A stretch of 49,736 bases of DNA from Candidatus Bathyarchaeota archaeon (GCA_963775685.1 CAVZJV010000003.1:1-49736); one strand, 5' to 3'; positions 1-9,351 are shown, numbered from the stretch's first letter. Notes: a model not told the origin generated them from the sequence alone. Numbers and translations are program-made.

Positions 1-50
1 AAGCGAATGGTTTTTGTCTGGTGGCATTGCATATTACATTGTGAGATTTG

Positions 51-922
51 GTGCCGCTGATTTCAAGCTTTGACCCTTGGCGTTTAGCCTATGCACGTGT
101 CCACCAAAGCTGACGTTTAACCCATACACGGGATGCGACCACCAATGCACCTACTGCTACGCTTCCAGCTACATCCCAAACTTCAAAGATTGTCACCCCA
201 AAAAAGAAGCCCTTGCAATGCTGAAGCGGGAAGCCGCCAAACTAACCGGCCAAACCATATCTATAGCAAACTCATCCGACCCCTATCCCAACATCGAAGC
301 TTCCCAAGGTTTGACGCGACGGTGCCTTGAAATTTTAGTGGAAAACAACTGCCGAATCCAAATTATCACCAAAAGCAATATTGTAACGCGAGATGATGAT
401 TTGCTTTGCAAAATTCCTTCGACAGTTTCACTAACAATAACCTCCGACAACGACGACTTGGCAAAGGTAATCGAGCCAGCTGCACCTTTACCCAGCCAAC
501 GCCTAAGAGCTGTACAAGACCTAACCAAAGCAGGCATCCCGGTCTCAGTCCGAATCGACCCCATCATCCCCTTTGTAAATGACCACCCGCAAAAACTAAT
601 CGCAACCCTCGCAAGCATAGGCGTCAAACACGTAACCTGCTCAACCTACAAGGCAAAAGCAGATAATTGGATGCGACTAACCTCAGCTATTCCACAAATT
701 ACCGAGATGCTAAAGCCAATGTATTTTCAGCAGGGCGAGCGAATCGGGGGAAGTATACTTTTGCCAAAAGATTACCGCTTCAAGATCCTTAAGGCAACAC
801 GGGATTTAGCTGAAGCTCATGGGATGAAGTTTGGGGTTTGCCGTGAAGGCTTAACTCAGCTAAACACAGCACCCTGCGACGGTTCCTGGCTCTTGCCAAA
901 ACCTAAAGGAGGCTTTGGCTAA
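51..922 (+). CDS. Radical SAM protein, spore photoproduct lyase-like (Rv2578c/MJ0683-type) family
   Basis: NPYTGCDHQCTYCYA has the CxxxCxxC motif; SDPYP, ITKS and RIDPIIP motifs are present. The likely true start is GTG at 51 (MPLISSFDPWR), joined to ORF 77..922 by a 1-nt frameshift near 84. Confidence 0.85.
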
Positions 923-2028
923 TGCAGAACCGAGTAATAATGCTGGCTGATTTTGACTATTTCTTTGCCCAATGCGAAGAACTCCGAAACCAAGCCATCA
1001 AGGATAAACCCGTTGTCGTTGGCGTTTATTCGGGACGCACCGAGGAAAGCGGAGCCGTGAGCACCAGCAACTATATCGCCCGAAAATACGGTGTCAAATC
1101 AGGCATGCCTCTTTTCTTGGCGAAACACAAACTGGAAGGCACAGAAGCTGTCTTCTTTAAAGTAGACCATGAATACTACGACCAAATCAGTGACCGAATC
1201 ATGGAGATCTTCCGCGGCTACGCAACCTCCCTGGAACAGGTCAGCGTAGACGAGGCTTATCTGGATGTTACGGAGAAGGTTGAGGGCAGCTTCGAGAAAG
1301 CCCGCGACTATGCCCTAAAAATCAAAGCTGACGTGAAAACGCAAGTCGGCATATCATTGACAATCGGAGTTGGACCAAACAAGCTTATCGCCAAAATCGT
1401 CTGCGACAGCCAAAAACCCGACGGTTTAACCATCGTCAAGCCTGAAGAAACCGAGGTTTTTCTTGGACCACTCGCAGTTGACTGCCTCTTGGGGGTTGGC
1501 AAAAAAACTATGGTTCGCATGGAGCAGATGGGCGTTAAGACAATCGGCGACTTGGCAAAATATGATTGCCAAAAGCTCATCGAAATCTTTGGTAAAGTAT
1601 CAGGCATCTACTTCCATAACTCCGCCAACGCAATAGACAACGAACCTGTTATTGAGCATGGTGAACCTGAATCAATTAGTAGAATTGGAACCCTAAAGCA
1701 GGACACAAGAGATTTGGCGTTTATTCTGCAGAAAACCGATGAACTATCAGAATATGTATATAAAGACCTCACGGAAAGGAACCTGACTTTTAAGCAAGTT
1801 TCCATCTACATGGTTATGGTTGATTTAAGCAGCAAAACCCGTTCAGTTACACTTGAGCAGCCCGCCAAAAATAAAGAAGCTATTAGGCGAAATGTCAAGA
1901 TACTTTTTGAGAAATTCTTGGCTGAATCTACTCTTGAATTGCGTAGGGTCGGAGTTAGGATTTCTGGTTTTAACCGCGAAGAACCCTTGCAGAGTCAATT
2001 GTCAAACTTTTTCCAAAACACCCCATAA
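922..2028 (+). CDS. dinB: DNA polymerase IV (Y-family, DinB/Dpo4)
   Basis: DFDYFFAQCE, STSNYIARKYGVKSGMP, SVDEAYLD and GVGPNKLIAK motifs, plus a little-finger RRVGVRIS. The start overlaps the upstream stop (TAATG). Confidence 0.95.
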   Translation: MQNRVIMLADFDYFFAQCEELRNQAIKDKPVVVGVYSGRTEESGAVSTSNYIARKYGVKSGMPLFLAKHKLEGTEAVFFKVDHEYYDQISDRIMEIFRGYATSLEQVSVDEAYLDVTEKVEGSFEKARDYALKIKADVKTQVGISLTIGVGPNKLIAKIVCDSQKPDGLTIVKPEETEVFLGPLAVDCLLGVGKKTMVRMEQMGVKTIGDLAKYDCQKLIEIFGKVSGIYFHNSANAIDNEPVIEHGEPESISRIGTLKQDTRDLAFILQKTDELSEYVYKDLTERNLTFKQVSIYMVMVDLSSKTRSVTLEQPAKNKEAIRRNVKILFEKFLAESTLELRRVGVRISGFNREEPLQSQLSNFFQNTP

Positions 2029-2409
2029 TCATTTTCTTTACGTTCTTTCTGGAACAAGCCTTAAACTAAACGTGACTTTTTTTTTAAATCCCCTGAAATG
2101 ATCTATGAAAAGAGACGAAGTGCTGTCTATGCTTAAGAGTTAATGATTGTCTGCGAATCAACGCGGTTTTCGCCCGCTGTTTCATTAACGCCAAGTCCTA
2201 AACGTGGTCGTTGAAAATTAAGAGTCAAATGGAACGATGAAAACAAGAAAGGTTGTTTTGATAAACACTAATCAATGAACGGGATTAATGGCTACCCAAA
2301 CACAAGACGGCTACACAATTTTCCAAAAGATGTAACTTTGGGCTAGCAGCTTCCTAAAATCTAAGTAAGCTTTTTCTTTCCCCAGTACCTAAGTAATTAG
2401 TGATAACTT

Positions 2410-2997
2410 TTGTCTACCAAAAAACCAAGATTACCGCCTGACCAGCATGCTACAGACCGTATCTTGCGCTGGGGCACGGACCACCCGGGCATAACCTCGA
2501 CCAATCCACAGGTGAAACTGGAAACCTACACTTTGACGGTGAACGGCGAAGTTGACAAACCTGTAAAGCTAAGTTGGAACGATTTCATACAACTACCACA
2601 GACTGTTTCAGTTAGCGATTTTCACTGCGTAGAAGGCTGGAGCGTTCTGGATTGCAAGTGGGAAGGCGTCAAAATCAAAGATATCGAAAAACTCGTTAAA
2701 CCTAAAAACGTAGCCAAAGCGGTGACTTTTGAGTGTGCCGACAATTATACGACTTCGCTCTTTCGAGAGGAACTGGCGGGCAACGATGTGCTCTTAGCTT
2801 ACAAACTTAACGGTGAAGTTTTAGATGAAGGGCTGGGTTTCCCGGTGCGCCTTATTGTTCCAAGCAAATATGCATACAAGAGCGCGCTGTGGGTTGTGGG
2901 TTTGCGGTTTACAAGGGGCAAAGAGCTGGGCTTTTGGGAGCGACGAGGTTATAGTGATAGCGCTGATGTGTGGAAAAACGACCGTTTCAATCGCTAA
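2410..2997 (+). CDS. Molybdopterin-dependent oxidoreductase (sulfite oxidase/MsrP-like)
   Basis: RLPPDQ, DFHCVEGWS, GFPVRLIVP.KYAYKSA.W and GFWERRGY motifs. Confidence 0.9.
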   Translation: MSTKKPRLPPDQHATDRILRWGTDHPGITSTNPQVKLETYTLTVNGEVDKPVKLSWNDFIQLPQTVSVSDFHCVEGWSVLDCKWEGVKIKDIEKLVKPKNVAKAVTFECADNYTTSLFREELAGNDVLLAYKLNGEVLDEGLGFPVRLIVPSKYAYKSALWVVGLRFTRGKELGFWERRGYSDSADVWKNDRFNR

Positions 2998-3150
2998 CTC
3001 GTTTTTGAAACTGTTTAGATTTATCCACTTTGACGTATATAATTACTTGTATTTTTATCATTAATTATAGATTAATAACGGATTTAAAAGCAGGAAAATG
3101 TTTATAAGCATACTCAAATACCTCGATTGCTCTTCAAGAGATTGAAAAAT

Positions 3151-3297
3151 ATGTCACAGAAAAACAAAGCAAGACACATCTCAAACAGCCACCTAACCGT
3201 TAAAACCACGGTTGCATTAGGCAGCAGCGGCAGTTCTGTGCCTTCACAGAAAAGAAAAGAATCAGCAGAACAAACACTCTACATAAACAGAATATAG
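3151..3297 (+). CDS. Small hypothetical protein (48 aa)
   Basis: Read manually: MSQKNKARHISNSHLTVKTTVALGSSGSSVPSQKRKESAEQTLYINRI. A TTTATAA TATA-like box lies about 45 nt upstream. Confidence 0.4.
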   Translation: MSQKNKARHISNSHLTVKTTVALGSSGSSVPSQKRKESAEQTLYINRI

Positions 3298-3386
3298 CAA
3301 ACCCTTCTTGTAACAGAAAAGTTTGACAATTGAACTCTTTTATACTTGTAAATCTCCGTTTTAACGCAGCAAGAGAGAGAACAACC

Positions 3387-3830
3387 TTGGATTACACTGA
3401 AGCCAAACTCGCAAGAATCTTCATTCTAAGACTCCACCACAACGAGCGACTCCATGAAGTCATAGAAAAATTCGCATCCCAAAAACAAATCGAAAGCGCT
3501 CTCTGCTTTTTTTTAGGAGGCGCCCAAGATAAAAGCAAAGTGGTCGTCGGGCCAAAAGACGGCAACGCAATGCCACCCCAACCTATGTTCACTCTGTTAA
3601 AGGGCGTCCATGAAGGGTACGGTGTTGGAACAATCTTCACAGATGAAGAGGGCAAGCCCAAGTTGCATATGCATGCGGGTTTTGGCAGAAATGACAACAC
3701 TGTCATAGGTTGCGTACGTATGGGTGTAGATGTTTGGCAAATCGGCGAAGTAGTTATTTTGGAGTTAGCTGGCGGCGCCTCGAAAAGAGTAAAAAACATA
3801 GAAACAGGCTTTGAATTCTTGGAGTGTTAA
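3387..3830 (+). CDS. PPC/DUF296 domain protein
   Basis: RIFILRL, HEGYGVGTIF, KLHMHAGFGR and GEVVILEL motifs. Likely TTG start at 3387. Confidence 0.85.
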   Translation: MDYTEAKLARIFILRLHHNERLHEVIEKFASQKQIESALCFFLGGAQDKSKVVVGPKDGNAMPPQPMFTLLKGVHEGYGVGTIFTDEEGKPKLHMHAGFGRNDNTVIGCVRMGVDVWQIGEVVILELAGGASKRVKNIETGFEFLEC

Positions 3831-5419
3831 CCCAAGAAGCGAACAAGGAAGATTCTGTGGCCCATCCAGCCATTGAAGTCGCCCCAGAAAGGTTGATCCT
3901 GCGGGTCTCCGAACATGCCTGTGCCTGCAATCATCGCTTTAACCTGAGTGTAATCTAGTGTTGTGTTGAAGAACTGTGTATTAATTCCGAAGTCGTAGAG
4001 AATTATATATTTTACGTTTCGCTCCACGCATAGGTCCACAAATTCATTTATATTAAAGTTGGGTGTGAAGGCATCCACCGCCAAGGCTGGGTACTGCCAA
4101 ATTTGGTTGCTCGACATGTTTTTAGGTAAATAAAAGCGAAACATGTCCTGGTTAAGCAGGTTGAAAGAGCAAACCAGCACCGCCGACTGATTTTGGCTCA
4201 AATGATCCGCCAAATAGTTTGTTGCTTCCTGGATTGGAATATGGATCTGATCTCTAACTGTCATTTGATATGCATCATAGCTGCTGTATGCTATGGCTGA
4301 GGTTATGAAGACTATGAAGATTGCGGCCGCTAGCTTCTTTTGAAGTTCTACATTGATGCCCGTTTTCCGGGGGTCCCAACTTTGCAGCCGCCCATAGAGA
4401 AAAATTATGAAAGCCGCAGCTGATATGGCTAAAATAGGAAAAAGCGGAGTCACATATCTCCATTGTCTGTTAGGAATAACCGTAAAGAAAACATAAACCA
4501 CTAAAAACCAAGTAAGGAAAAAGATGTCCTGCTTGCTTCGGCGGTAAGCAAACAACCCCAGTCCAGATAATCCAAATATAATAATGGGGAGCGAAATGGG
4601 GTGAACTGCGATGTCGGTAAAGGGCCACGCCATTTCCACAATATAGTAGATGGGTAAGGGTTGGAAACGGTTGCTGTAAGCAGGTCGGTCTTGCCCGCCT
4701 TCAGACATCACATACTGAAGGGTTTGGAACTTGGTGACTCCGTCGTAGTGGTAAATCATAGCAAACCATGGGACAACCACCAAGACCACGATTACAAGAA
4801 TCAGCAGAAACTTTGCGAGACTGATTCTCAAGCGTTTTCTAGAAAGAAACAGAATACTCAAAAACATCGCTATGGCGCCGACTATAATTTGGTACTTAGC
4901 AAGAACACCTATTCCTAAAGCTAAACCGCTGAAAATCAACGTCTTGTAAGTGTCCTTAGTTATCCAAGAGTAGAAAGCAAACATTGCAACGGTGAAGAAG
5001 AAGATGAGCATTGTTTCTAGCATGGTTACTCGGGAGAGCCAAAAGAACCCGGGCATCGTACCTAGGAGGATGCTTGCGATTAAGGCGTTTTTGGATCCAT
5101 AGGTTTTCTTTGTGAACGCGAATAAAACCACCATTGACAGCAACGAAAAAGTCACTGCGACAAGTCGTCCAGCAACTTGGTTTGCGCCGAATATTTGGAA
5201 GTACCCTGTCGTAACAAGGTCGAAGATGGGCGGGTAGTAACCGTAGGTTGTCATGTAATCCCACATTTGCCCATGACTTAACATTGTGGCGCCGTACAAG
5301 TGGGGCATTTCATCCCATTGAACCGACATGTAACCCAAATTATAGAGGGCAGCCAACGCGAAGATTATTAAGAAAACCAGCAACGCCAATGTGTATTGGT
5401 GTTTTTTGACGAACCCCAC
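3827..5419 (-). CDS. Membrane glycosyltransferase, GT-C fold (family 39/ArnT-like)
   Basis: WDEMPH after the first TM helix; YPPIF, GRLVAVTFSLLS, LAKY and RYVTPLFP motifs; many TM helices. Confidence 0.85.
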   Translation of the reverse strand: MGFVKKHQYTLALLVFLIIFALAALYNLGYMSVQWDEMPHLYGATMLSHGQMWDYMTTYGYYPPIFDLVTTGYFQIFGANQVAGRLVAVTFSLLSMVVLFAFTKKTYGSKNALIASILLGTMPGFFWLSRVTMLETMLIFFFTVAMFAFYSWITKDTYKTLIFSGLALGIGVLAKYQIIVGAIAMFLSILFLSRKRLRISLAKFLLILVIVVLVVVPWFAMIYHYDGVTKFQTLQYVMSEGGQDRPAYSNRFQPLPIYYIVEMAWPFTDIAVHPISLPIIIFGLSGLGLFAYRRSKQDIFFLTWFLVVYVFFTVIPNRQWRYVTPLFPILAISAAAFIIFLYGRLQSWDPRKTGINVELQKKLAAAIFIVFITSAIAYSSYDAYQMTVRDQIHIPIQEATNYLADHLSQNQSAVLVCSFNLLNQDMFRFYLPKNMSSNQIWQYPALAVDAFTPNFNINEFVDLCVERNVKYIILYDFGINTQFFNTTLDYTQVKAMIAGTGMFGDPQDQPFWGDFNGWMGHRIFLVRFLG

Positions 5420-5625
5420 TTTACAATAAGTGGACTGTTCGCTGGCGTTGGTTGTTTGGGATATATTTAGCGACCCCTTTATGGAGTGAGAATTAGTGGC
5501 AGCATCTAAAAAGAGTTTGCGATTCCCCCAAAATGCTGGCGCAGAATTTTTTTGGGGAAATACGCAATGGATTTATCGTTAAGACCACTTTGTTTTCCCA
5601 GTTTAGAAGAGCGGAGCGGATTCAA

Positions 5626-6348
5626 TTGAAAAGCGGGGAACCTGACAGGGAAATTTCAATCCTGCTGCCAGCTTTCAACGAGGCAGGGAAGATTGAAAGA
5701 TGCGTGCGTGAAGTTGAGGCGGCTGTTAGGTCTTTTTCTAATTCGTATGAGATAATTGTGTCTGAAGACGGTAGCACCGACGGCACAGAAGTTATCGTTG
5801 CAAAAATTGCCGAATACAACCCCAACATCGTTCTTCTGCATTACCCTGCTCGTTTGGGCAAGGGCAAAGGCATCAAAAACGCCCTCAACGCCTCCAGAGG
5901 CAAAATCATAACGTTCATGGATGTTGACTTAGCAACAAACCTTGAATGCTTACCCCAGCTTCTAAACGTGGTTAAAGAACATGGTGGAATGGCAATCGGC
6001 TCCCGACATGTTGCAGGCTCGCGGGTTCAACGCGGAGTTTCCAGAACAATGTTCAGTCTCACCTACAACCTGGCAGTCAGGCTGCTTTTTCTCGACGGCA
6101 TCCGCGACCACCAATGTGGATTCAAAACCATGAGTCGCCCCGTTGCAGAGGCAGTGCTAAACGTTTCCAAATCAGACGGGTACTTCTTCGACACCGAGAT
6201 GATTGTGCGCTGCAAAAAACTGGGTTTTCCAGTGTCTGAAGTGGCAGTTCAATGGACAGAGCAGAGTAATGGCGCCTCAAAAGTTAATCCTGTGCGAGAT
6301 GCCAAGAAGATTGGTTTGGATTTGTTAGCTTTTAGGCTACGCTCTTAA
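5626..6348 (+). CDS. Glycosyltransferase family 2 (dolichyl-phosphate glycosyltransferase-like)
   Basis: ISILLPAFNE, EDGSTDGT, GKGKG, MDVD, IGSR, DHQCGFK and FDTEM motifs. Likely TTG start at 5626. Confidence 0.9.
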   Translation: MKSGEPDREISILLPAFNEAGKIERCVREVEAAVRSFSNSYEIIVSEDGSTDGTEVIVAKIAEYNPNIVLLHYPARLGKGKGIKNALNASRGKIITFMDVDLATNLECLPQLLNVVKEHGGMAIGSRHVAGSRVQRGVSRTMFSLTYNLAVRLLFLDGIRDHQCGFKTMSRPVAEAVLNVSKSDGYFFDTEMIVRCKKLGFPVSEVAVQWTEQSNGASKVNPVRDAKKIGLDLLAFRLRS

Positions 6349-7043
6349 GTGTTGCTGAATTTTTTAGCCATCCGCTTTAACCTCAAAAACTGCTGCTCAA
6401 GGTTTATGAACGCGGGCACAGTTTGACCAAAAGGCTGGCAGTGCCCATCCACTATCGCTTTGGCTACAGCTTCAACGGTTGGCTCCGCTGCTTCAATAAC
6501 TGTGTACCCGTAACCGATTTGTGGACCATAATGAGCGTCGGTTCCTGCAACACGTGAGAGCTTAAAATGCTCCGCAGCAGCCTCAGCTTTCTTAACGCTT
6601 CTTTTAAATGGGAAGGCCCGCGCGTTTATGACTTCGATGGCGTCGAATGTGCTGCTGACTTTTTCTCTTAGGCATCCTTTGAAGTATACGTAGGGGTGAC
6701 ATGCGATTGCGATTCCGCCGGCCCTGTGGATGCGCTCGACAGTTTCGACCGCGCTGAGACCTCTGGGGATAAGTTCTTTGACGTTAAGGGCGACGATGTG
6801 TCCGTCGGCGCTGGAGACTTCCATGCCGGGAATGATGAGGAAGTCGGTTTCTTTGGCGATTTTCCAAGCGCCTTCAAGCTGGTTGTGGTCGGTGACTGCG
6901 ACCGCGTTCAACCCGCGTTTCTTCGCGTAGTAAACGAGGTCTTTGCTAGTTATCAATGAATCTTTTGAGTAGGTTGTGTGAACGTGGAGGTCGGCACGTA
7001 TTTGAATTATAATTGCATCTCCATTAGTACTCTTTTGATCCAA
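6345..7043 (-). CDS. PHP-domain phosphoesterase; its N-terminus is supplied by the integrated element
   Basis: DLHVHT.YS.D, AVTDHN, PGMEVS, GHI, CHPY and GTDAH motifs. Codons upstream of D-L-H-V (above 6992) lie inside the element. The start is uncertain: TTG at 7043, or ATA/ATT at 7010/7007 after GGAG. Confidence 0.9.
   Translation of the reverse strand: MDQKSTNGDAIIIQIRADLHVHTTYSKDSLITSKDLVYYAKKRGLNAVAVTDHNQLEGAWKIAKETDFLIIPGMEVSSADGHIVALNVKELIPRGLSAVETVERIHRAGGIAIACHPYVYFKGCLREKVSSTFDAIEVINARAFPFKRSVKKAEAAAEHFKLSRVAGTDAHYGPQIGYGYTVIEAAEPTVEAVAKAIVDGHCQPFGQTVPAFINLEQQFLRLKRMAKKFSNT
6982..6992. repeat. Left attachment core ACGTGGAGGTC
   Basis: Identical to 16521-16531. Imperfect similarity extends further: 6982-7009 vs 16521-16548 match at 23/28 nt. 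Confidence 0.9.
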
Positions 7044-7115
7044 TATTTCTTGAATTTCGTATCATTAATACAACAACTTTTTTGTTCATTCAACCTTCAA
7101 TGAAACCTTTTTTCT

Positions 7116-7123
7116 TTATATAA
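7116..7123 (-). promoter_or_regulatory. Candidate element-borne TATA box for the restored PHP gene
   Basis: TTATATAA preceded on the minus strand by purine-rich GATAAG, about 75 nt upstream of the TTG at 7043. Confidence 0.3.
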
Positions 7124-7167
7124 CTTATCATCTGTGCTAACACCTAAGAGCCGCTTAAAAATAATGC

Positions 7168-7917
7168 TTAAGTTCTATTTTCCGAAGGCTCCTCATAGTC
7201 GTATGAAAAAAGTGATGTCTCTATTTTAAAGGGATTTTTATATTTCAGCCTGAGGTCTCTTTTGGGATATATCTCTTGCCCATTGAAATTGTCATTATAT
7301 GTCTCAAAGAAAGTGGTTCCCTGTTGATATTTTGGTGTAAGCATATGATATTTAAATAATCTCTCAGAAGCTGGCTTATAAACAACATTCAGTAGAAATG
7401 CTCCGGCAAGAGCGTCTCTAGTAGTCATAAGGTCTGCTTTTACGAAGTTAGCAGAAAAGTCGTGCTTGATTCCATTATAAGCTGTCCACCAATAGGGTAC
7501 TTTTCCGAATTCTTTCTTATACTCTTTAAATGGGAAAACTTCTTCGCTATTCGGCAGGCGCTTAAAAATTACCCCTTTTTCATAAAGTTTGTATTGTTCT
7601 GAAATTGATAAATAATCAATCATTTCTTGGTCTCTTTGCTCGCCCTTATGTACACCTTTTTTAATTTTAGGATTAATCATTTCAGGATATTCACTAATAA
7701 AATAGGGGTCTTGAGCAATTTTCTTAAAAGCGGAATCTATATGCGCTCCAATAACTAACATTATGTTAGCCAATCTAAAAGAGTAGGTTCGTTCATTCCC
7801 TTCCAAGTACGGGACTAATTCTAGGAAACTCTCAAACTGCCGCTCTATATCTTTGTAGTATTCCCAATAGCCACCATTTTCAAAAGTTGGGTTGAATCGA
7901 TTTTTTTCCTCTACCAT
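7168..7917 (-). CDS. Hypothetical protein, HEPN-like (candidate defence or toxin cargo)
   Basis: Pattern YW.YY..IE..F...TYS.RL...ID..FK ... PF..Y...P.WW.AYN.IKHD...A.L....ALAG.FLL, with an Nx2KH resembling the HEPN Rx4H site. Confidence 0.55.
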   Translation of the reverse strand: MVEEKNRFNPTFENGGYWEYYKDIERQFESFLELVPYLEGNERTYSFRLANIMLVIGAHIDSAFKKIAQDPYFISEYPEMINPKIKKGVHKGEQRDQEMIDYLSISEQYKLYEKGVIFKRLPNSEEVFPFKEYKKEFGKVPYWWTAYNGIKHDFSANFVKADLMTTRDALAGAFLLNVVYKPASERLFKYHMLTPKYQQGTTFFETYNDNFNGQEIYPKRDLRLKYKNPFKIETSLFSYDYEEPSENRT

Positions 7918-8139
7918 ATCACGTTATCTCTTTAATTTCCGTTTTAAGCGTTTGCACTAGCAATATTTTCGATATGAAGCAAAATCAAGAAGGGAAAACC
8001 TGCGCAAGTAAATTTTAATTATCTTCCAATTTGAATCAAATGCCTCTCTAAACAAGTCTTTAACAATAAAATAGAACAATACATTACATAGGTGAGTGAA
8101 ATGAAAACAAAGAAATCGGGGTTGTATGATGATACAAAA

Positions 8140-8270
8140 TCTTGGAATCCATTGGTCTGTTTCTTGCCTAAAGTATTTCGTAAGCATTAAAGCCTTTTCA
8201 TTTATTAGCGTATCAAGTTTTTGTTTGAATCAATCTCTAACCTGCATTTTCCAACAACCTCTCTAAAGAA
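8140..8270 (-). pseudogene. Probable decayed C-terminal fragment of a solo Cas1
   Basis: Reads FFREVVGKCRLEID/KQKLDTLINEKALMLTKYFRQETDQWIPR across a frameshift. This resembles my recollection of the C-terminal end of Bathyarchaeia Cas1 proteins (Q.I/LETLINEEALLLAKYLR.E...WIPR); not database-verified. Confidence 0.5.
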
Positions 8271-8282
8271 TTCACAGCATAA

Positions 8283-9008
8283 TTAATTCACATGTTCAAG
8301 AATTATAACAGTCACCTTTCCCAGGTCAGCATTTCCAAGCGGAACAACAATACAGTTCAAGTTAGCAGCATTTTGTTTCTCGGTTTCAGTTGAAGATTTG
8401 ATTACGCCACTTTCTATCCATGACTTTATCAATTTTTCATTGCCTGCATCATTGGCATCAACGAGATGATACAGAATTGGACTAACTTTTTTCCCCTTCT
8501 GCACTAAATGACATACTGTGTACTTATCTATCATTGGAAAGCCATCATACTGTGAGTAACCTGCCAAAGACTTAATATCAGGAACAATATGCTCCAAGCT
8601 CTCAAAAGCTGATTGAAGTAAACCATGCGCAAACCCCACTTTTAAAGCACATGCTGTCTTATTGAGCGGTTTACCTTTTTCTCCTCTAAGCAAACCGTCA
8701 ATCTGGACATACTGTGATTTTTTTCTGGATTTGTCTAATCTTGACGGACGTATAGTTCGTGTTAACTCATTATCCTGAATGTCGCCGTCTTTTACTTTTA
8801 GTTTGGCAGATACAAGATTTAATATGTCTTCATCTCTTAGGGCGTCAGGGCATTCTGTAGCTAACTGCGCTAGTTTTTCCAGCAGTAAACGTGTTTTTGA
8901 TCGTGCTCTGAACTTGACTTGCCTATAGTTGACTTTGTCAACTGTTTTATCCTTCTTTGTTAGGATAGCTTGTTCGTGTTCAGTTACCATTTTAAAAACC
9001 TTTGACAT
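8283..9008 (-). CDS. Hypothetical protein with a basic N-terminus, divergent from the RHH operon
   Basis: 241-aa ORF with GAGGT RBS; no family recognised. Confidence 0.7.
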   Translation of the reverse strand: MSKVFKMVTEHEQAILTKKDKTVDKVNYRQVKFRARSKTRLLLEKLAQLATECPDALRDEDILNLVSAKLKVKDGDIQDNELTRTIRPSRLDKSRKKSQYVQIDGLLRGEKGKPLNKTACALKVGFAHGLLQSAFESLEHIVPDIKSLAGYSQYDGFPMIDKYTVCHLVQKGKKVSPILYHLVDANDAGNEKLIKSWIESGVIKSSTETEKQNAANLNCIVVPLGNADLGKVTVIILEHVN

Positions 9009-9022
9009 TTCCTAAACCTCAG

Positions 9023-9055
9023 TGGTGACAGATTTCACGTTATTTTTTGTCACCA
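9023..9055. promoter_or_regulatory. Inverted repeat TGGTGACA-N17-TGTCACCA, candidate operator
   Basis: Perfect 8-bp arms at 9023-9030 and 9048-9055, between divergent genes. Confidence 0.55.
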
Positions 9056-9094
9056 ATCTTTACTTGCGTGGTGCATCTTAAAGGTTTAGCGGGT

Positions 9095-9259
9095 GTGATA
9101 AACACGATTGCAGAGTACCAAAAAATAATCGGTTTCCGTCTCTCCACAAAAGAACGCGAAAGCCTAGAAGCGCTCGTATCCGCGGGCAAGGTAAAAACGA
9201 TAAGCGCGGGAATCCGAGCGGCCCTAACTGATTATCTCACCAAACAACGGGAGCGTTAG
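9095..9259 (+). CDS. Ribbon-helix-helix (CopG-like) regulator
   Basis: KIIGFRLS.KE.E.LE.LV..G....IS..IR.AL.DYL pattern. Start is GTG at 9095 or ATT at 9107. Confidence 0.8.
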   Translation: MINTIAEYQKIIGFRLSTKERESLEALVSAGKVKTISAGIRAALTDYLTKQRER

Positions 9260-9261
9260 CC

Positions 9262-9351
9262 ATGACAGAACCAGAATTGAAGCAAGCGATTCAAGAATTT
9301 AAATCGATTCTTGAAGATGCACTTAAAATTCTTGACCCTGAAAAATCGTAA
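9262..9351 (+). CDS. Small helical protein (29 aa)
   Basis: MTEPELKQAIQEFKSILEDALKILDPEKS; GGGAG RBS; 2 nt after the RHH stop. Confidence 0.55.
   Translation: MTEPELKQAIQEFKSILEDALKILDPEKS

Noticed and set aside
7957-8187. 76-aa ORF as a real gene
   Set aside because: Only its first ~16 codons look protein-like, and they belong to the putative Cas1 remnant; the rest appears to be read-through into non-coding DNA.
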